IMG/VR virus record: IMGVR_UViG_3300025759_000058
DNA: 64,000 bases
Origin: a virus
Reading direction: 5' to 3' (one strand)
Shown: one piece after another, positions 60,815 to 64,000 of the stretch
Layout of the letters: every line of letters starts with the position of its first letter
Numbering within the stretch: position 1 is the first letter of the stretch
Notes under the pieces: generated by a model
Seen by the model: only the letters and a program-made list of their open reading frames with translations
Told to the model about the DNA's origin: nothing
Database searches by the model: none
Made by a program: the position numbers and the translations under genes

Positions 60815-61606
60815 ATGTTACAATTACGTAGCATAATGAATGAATTCGATTACGGTCGTCGACCGTTAGATGATCCACAAGGCTGGAAGCCTGAAGATGT
60901 ACAGTTAGGCGTCCACTTCCTTAAAAGCCGTTACGGAATGACATTATCAGATTTTGGTTTGGAAGGTGAGCCAAATACGGAAGATGAGAAACAGTTAATA
61001 GCATTCCTTGAAGAATTTTTTGATATGCCAGAAATGGTTGCTAATAAAGCAAAGTTTGCGGATATGTTAAGTGTGCTAGTCAAAGTTAAGTCTAAATTTC
61101 CTAAGTTATTAGATCCGGCACAAGGTACGCCGAAAGAGTTTATATGGAGAGGGGCTACTATAACACGAGATATATTCATGGATCTAAATTGGAAGGTCAT
61201 TAAAAAGGCTGATCCATATCTCGTAGCTACAAGTCCAATCAAGCCAGTTAAACCTAGATCAGGCCGCGGCGTTCATTCTTTTACAGCTGTCTGGCAAACC
61301 GCATGGAAGTTTGCTAATAGACATAATATTCATCCTAATATGTGGCGTATTCCATGCGTTTTTAAGATAAGTGTAAAAGATAAAAATACATTATTTAATC
61401 CTATGTTTTTAAATACAATTGGAATGTGGAGTGAGTTTGAAGTACTATATGTAGGCGATAGTTTTAAGCCGATAGAATATCAAATACCATCATATGTCAT
61501 TAAACGTATAATGTCGCTTCAAAATAAAGCTGATCAAACTCCGGAGGTTGCTGCATTTTATTCAAAACTAACGCCAATGGCAGCTGAAATGAAGATCTTA
61601 AAATGA
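60815..61606 (+). CDS. putative R-S-E ADP-ribosyltransferase paralog 2 (MLQLRSIMNE leader)
   Basis: IWRG, HSFT...AWKFA, SEFEVL. Confidence 0.68.
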   Translation: MLQLRSIMNEFDYGRRPLDDPQGWKPEDVQLGVHFLKSRYGMTLSDFGLEGEPNTEDEKQLIAFLEEFFDMPEMVANKAKFADMLSVLVKVKSKFPKLLDPAQGTPKEFIWRGATITRDIFMDLNWKVIKKADPYLVATSPIKPVKPRSGRGVHSFTAVWQTAWKFANRHNIHPNMWRIPCVFKISVKDKNTLFNPMFLNTIGMWSEFEVLYVGDSFKPIEYQIPSYVIKRIMSLQNKADQTPEVAAFYSKLTPMAAEMKILK

Positions 61607-62457
61607 TTCGGCTTCGTAATATATTACAAGAATTCGAATATGGTGATCGTTTATTCGATGACCCAAAGCAATTTAGTATGACTGCTCGTGCTGATACTAG
61701 CTTCATGAAGTATTGGGCACCATTTATAAATGGCGAAGAAAATACGTCAGATGAATACTATTTATTAAACGCATTAAAGTCTTGGTCCGAAGATCCCCCC
61801 GATGAGAGATGGCTTAATCAACGTGTAGATGACCTTAAGTTTTTACTGACACTTAAAAATAAATACCGAAAAATACTGGACCCATCTGAGAGTAAATTTG
61901 CACATCCTAAGTATGTATTTCGTGTTGCAACAATCCCAATGTCAACAGCTGTTAAAGCATTAAAGACGTTAAGTAGTAATGAACTACGTACGGATTATTC
62001 AAATAAAAATCCTATAGATATTGATATGCCAGTAACTTTAAAGTCTCGAAGTAAACGTGGGTATTATTCGTTTACAACACAATTTAATGTTGCAATGTCA
62101 CTAGCCGGACATGCCCAATTGGGTGCCGCAAAATATGATCAGGTTTACTATTATAAACGAATACCAGCAATTATTAAAGTAGAACATAACTCGCCAAAAT
62201 TATTATTCAATCCGGACTTTTTTGAAGGAATTTCTAGATATGGGGCTGAAAGCGAAACGCTATATGTAGACTCTAAAATAAAAGCAGCTGGTATAGTACT
62301 TCCTACAAACTTCATCGAAGAAATTGTAACAGGAGGTGAACGTTATACGTCAGGCGGCTCGATTGAAAAATACCGAGATTCATTAATAAGCCAGTTTCCT
62401 GATGATCCAGATGTACAGGCATTATATAAAATTCTAGATCCTATAGTCAATCTATGA
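61603..62457 (+). CDS. putative R-S-E ADP-ribosyltransferase paralog 3 (MIRLRNILQE leader)
   Basis: VFRV, YSFTT...A, AESETL. Confidence 0.65.
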   Translation: MIRLRNILQEFEYGDRLFDDPKQFSMTARADTSFMKYWAPFINGEENTSDEYYLLNALKSWSEDPPDERWLNQRVDDLKFLLTLKNKYRKILDPSESKFAHPKYVFRVATIPMSTAVKALKTLSSNELRTDYSNKNPIDIDMPVTLKSRSKRGYYSFTTQFNVAMSLAGHAQLGAAKYDQVYYYKRIPAIIKVEHNSPKLLFNPDFFEGISRYGAESETLYVDSKIKAAGIVLPTNFIEEIVTGGERYTSGGSIEKYRDSLISQFPDDPDVQALYKILDPIVNL

Positions 62458-63212
62458 TCAAATTACGTAATATATTGCAAGAATTTGATTACGGTAAGCG
62501 ATTATTTGCTGATCCAGAAAATTACGATAATGTACTTGACGCTGATGAATTAGGTCCTATAGGCTATGATAATATATGGGATATAGAAACTGATACTGAG
62601 GATGAGATACGTGCTATGGATTTGTTAAGTACGTTTTATCAAGGCGATTTTGTCGGTTTAGATGAGAGTGAATTAAAGATTCTTATTAAATCGTTGAAAC
62701 GATTAAAGGCAAAATTTCCAAAGATTTTAGACCCAAAGACTAGTCCAGAAATTGAAAAATATGTTTATCGCGGTGCAACTATATCTATAGATGCAATCAA
62801 AGATATGCCATTTAAATTAGTATCTAATGATATAATCTTTACAGTACCAGCTAAGTTCGAAGTACATCCTCGGTCGGGCCGGCCGATGCATTCATTTAGT
62901 GTCGAAAAATATATGGCTGAGTCATATGTGCACGGTAAAGTATACGACTCTATATTAGACCCCGGCCGTATTCCGATTGTAATACATGTTAATGTCAACG
63001 ATCCTAATTTATTATTTTCAACAAACTTTTCGTCATTACATAGTACATTTGATGATGAAAAGGAAGTGTTCTATGCAAACAAAACTATTACAGTGAGTAA
63101 ATTATCAATTAAACACTCACTAGTGCAAGATATATACAAAAATATCTTCGATTTGCCTGAAGACTCAAAATACTATGACGTATATACTAAATTGTATAAT
63201 GTTACAGCATAA
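62454..63212 (+). CDS. putative R-S-E ADP-ribosyltransferase paralog 4 (MIKLRNILQE leader)
   Basis: VYRG, HSFS...A, DEKEVF. Confidence 0.68.
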   Translation: MIKLRNILQEFDYGKRLFADPENYDNVLDADELGPIGYDNIWDIETDTEDEIRAMDLLSTFYQGDFVGLDESELKILIKSLKRLKAKFPKILDPKTSPEIEKYVYRGATISIDAIKDMPFKLVSNDIIFTVPAKFEVHPRSGRPMHSFSVEKYMAESYVHGKVYDSILDPGRIPIVIHVNVNDPNLLFSTNFSSLHSTFDDEKEVFYANKTITVSKLSIKHSLVQDIYKNIFDLPEDSKYYDVYTKLYNVTA

Positions 63213-63221
63213 TATTTATAT

Positions 63222-64000
63222 ATGATGATTAGTCTAGTAAAGTTATTGCAAGAAATACGTCTATTAGAAAAAAATAAGACTGTAGATTTTTTTCGCAAAA
63301 ACCCACGTGCATTAAAATATTTTAGTATACCAGACGCTCCTGGAGGTACCGAATGGGACCTCAGATCTTTCCCAACGTCAGGTGAGCCTGTCGATACTTC
63401 TGATGTTGAGCAGGCTTATGATGCGATTGCACGATTAGACCCTTCAAATGAATTTTTGAAATCATTAAAAACAGAACTTCGTAGTTATAATAGAGAAGAT
63501 GTTTTATTGTCCATTGATAAATCATCATCATACGAAGAATTTTTACGAAAATACGGCGATACGTGGTACACTACGCTTTTTACCGCCGCCGGTGAACAAG
63601 CTTGGAAAGATTCGGCAGACCATGATACGATGAACAGACTTTGGAAACAAATACAGCGCATCACTAAAGCATTTGCAGCCCGTAGGGAAGGTACAAAAAA
63701 TATTGAGTATAAACGCTTTGAAAAGGCAATGTATAAATTAGGATTAAGCCCTAATAGTGTACGAGCTGCATTAGATTGGGTTAAGTACTATACTGCCGGC
63801 AGTTACCGTAAAATAGATCCGGAGGCCTTTGATGCTTTACAACAAATAACTGTCGACGCATCACGTTTACCTAAATACATTTATCGAGGATTTTTCTTTG
63901 ATGGCGCGAAAATTAAAGACAGAGAAAAGTTTATTCAAAAGTGGAAAGAAGGTTCGATGCCCAAAAGCGGATTACGGAAAGCTACTAGTTGGTCAGGTGA
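63222..64000 (+). CDS. 3'-truncated putative ADP-ribosyltransferase (MMISLVKLLQE leader); runs off the window
   Basis: Open frame to the window end; YYTAGSYRKI, YIYRG and ATSWS resemble VIP2/exotoxin-type ART motifs. Confidence 0.68.
   Translation, partial: MMISLVKLLQEIRLLEKNKTVDFFRKNPRALKYFSIPDAPGGTEWDLRSFPTSGEPVDTSDVEQAYDAIARLDPSNEFLKSLKTELRSYNREDVLLSIDKSSSYEEFLRKYGDTWYTTLFTAAGEQAWKDSADHDTMNRLWKQIQRITKAFAARREGTKNIEYKRFEKAMYKLGLSPNSVRAALDWVKYYTAGSYRKIDPEAFDALQQITVDASRLPKYIYRGFFFDGAKIKDREKFIQKWKEGSMPKSGLRKATSWSG

Overview
This 64 kb window is part of a large, AT-rich (about 35% GC by eye), T4-like/jumbo dsDNA phage genome. All credible genes lie on the + strand. The host is most likely Bacteroidota/Flavobacteriia, based on -33/-7-type promoters, A-rich leaders mostly without a Shine-Dalgarno sequence, a Flavobacterium-style TonB-dependent receptor and a DUF2452-like gene. 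Order of modules: (1) 0.1-14.9 kb: 7-deazaguanine DNA-modification genes (queD, queE, folE, and a dpdA-like transglycosylase fused in an operon behind a glycosyltransferase), mixed with the replisome (family B polymerase, sliding clamp, clamp loader), dUTPase, HPRT, thioredoxin and GroES/GroEL. (2) 14.9-32.5 kb: a 17.5 kb glycan-biosynthesis cluster. (3) 32.9-37 kb: lysis-like genes and proteins with a shared MIKLxxLLxE leader. (4) 37-55 kb: accessory genes (ClpS, a DpdL-like T-fold protein, 5 tRNAs including tRNA-Ile(UAU), a MoxR-type AAA+/VWA pair, ThyX, a thioesterase, a TonB-dependent receptor), many behind a 14-copy conserved promoter. (5) A poorly coding origin- or terminus-like junction near 53.7-55.3 kb. 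(6) 55.6-64 kb: an array of enzymes sharing the same N-terminal leader (R-S-E ADP-ribosyltransferase paralogs, an alpha/beta hydrolase, an HExxH peptidase, a GNAT), which I infer to be capsid-packaged, protease-matured effectors. The best candidates for a new system are this leader-tagged effector set and the hypothetical-glycosyltransferase-DpdA operon (possible glycosylated 7-deazaguanine). All calls rest on motif recognition by eye; no database searches were run.
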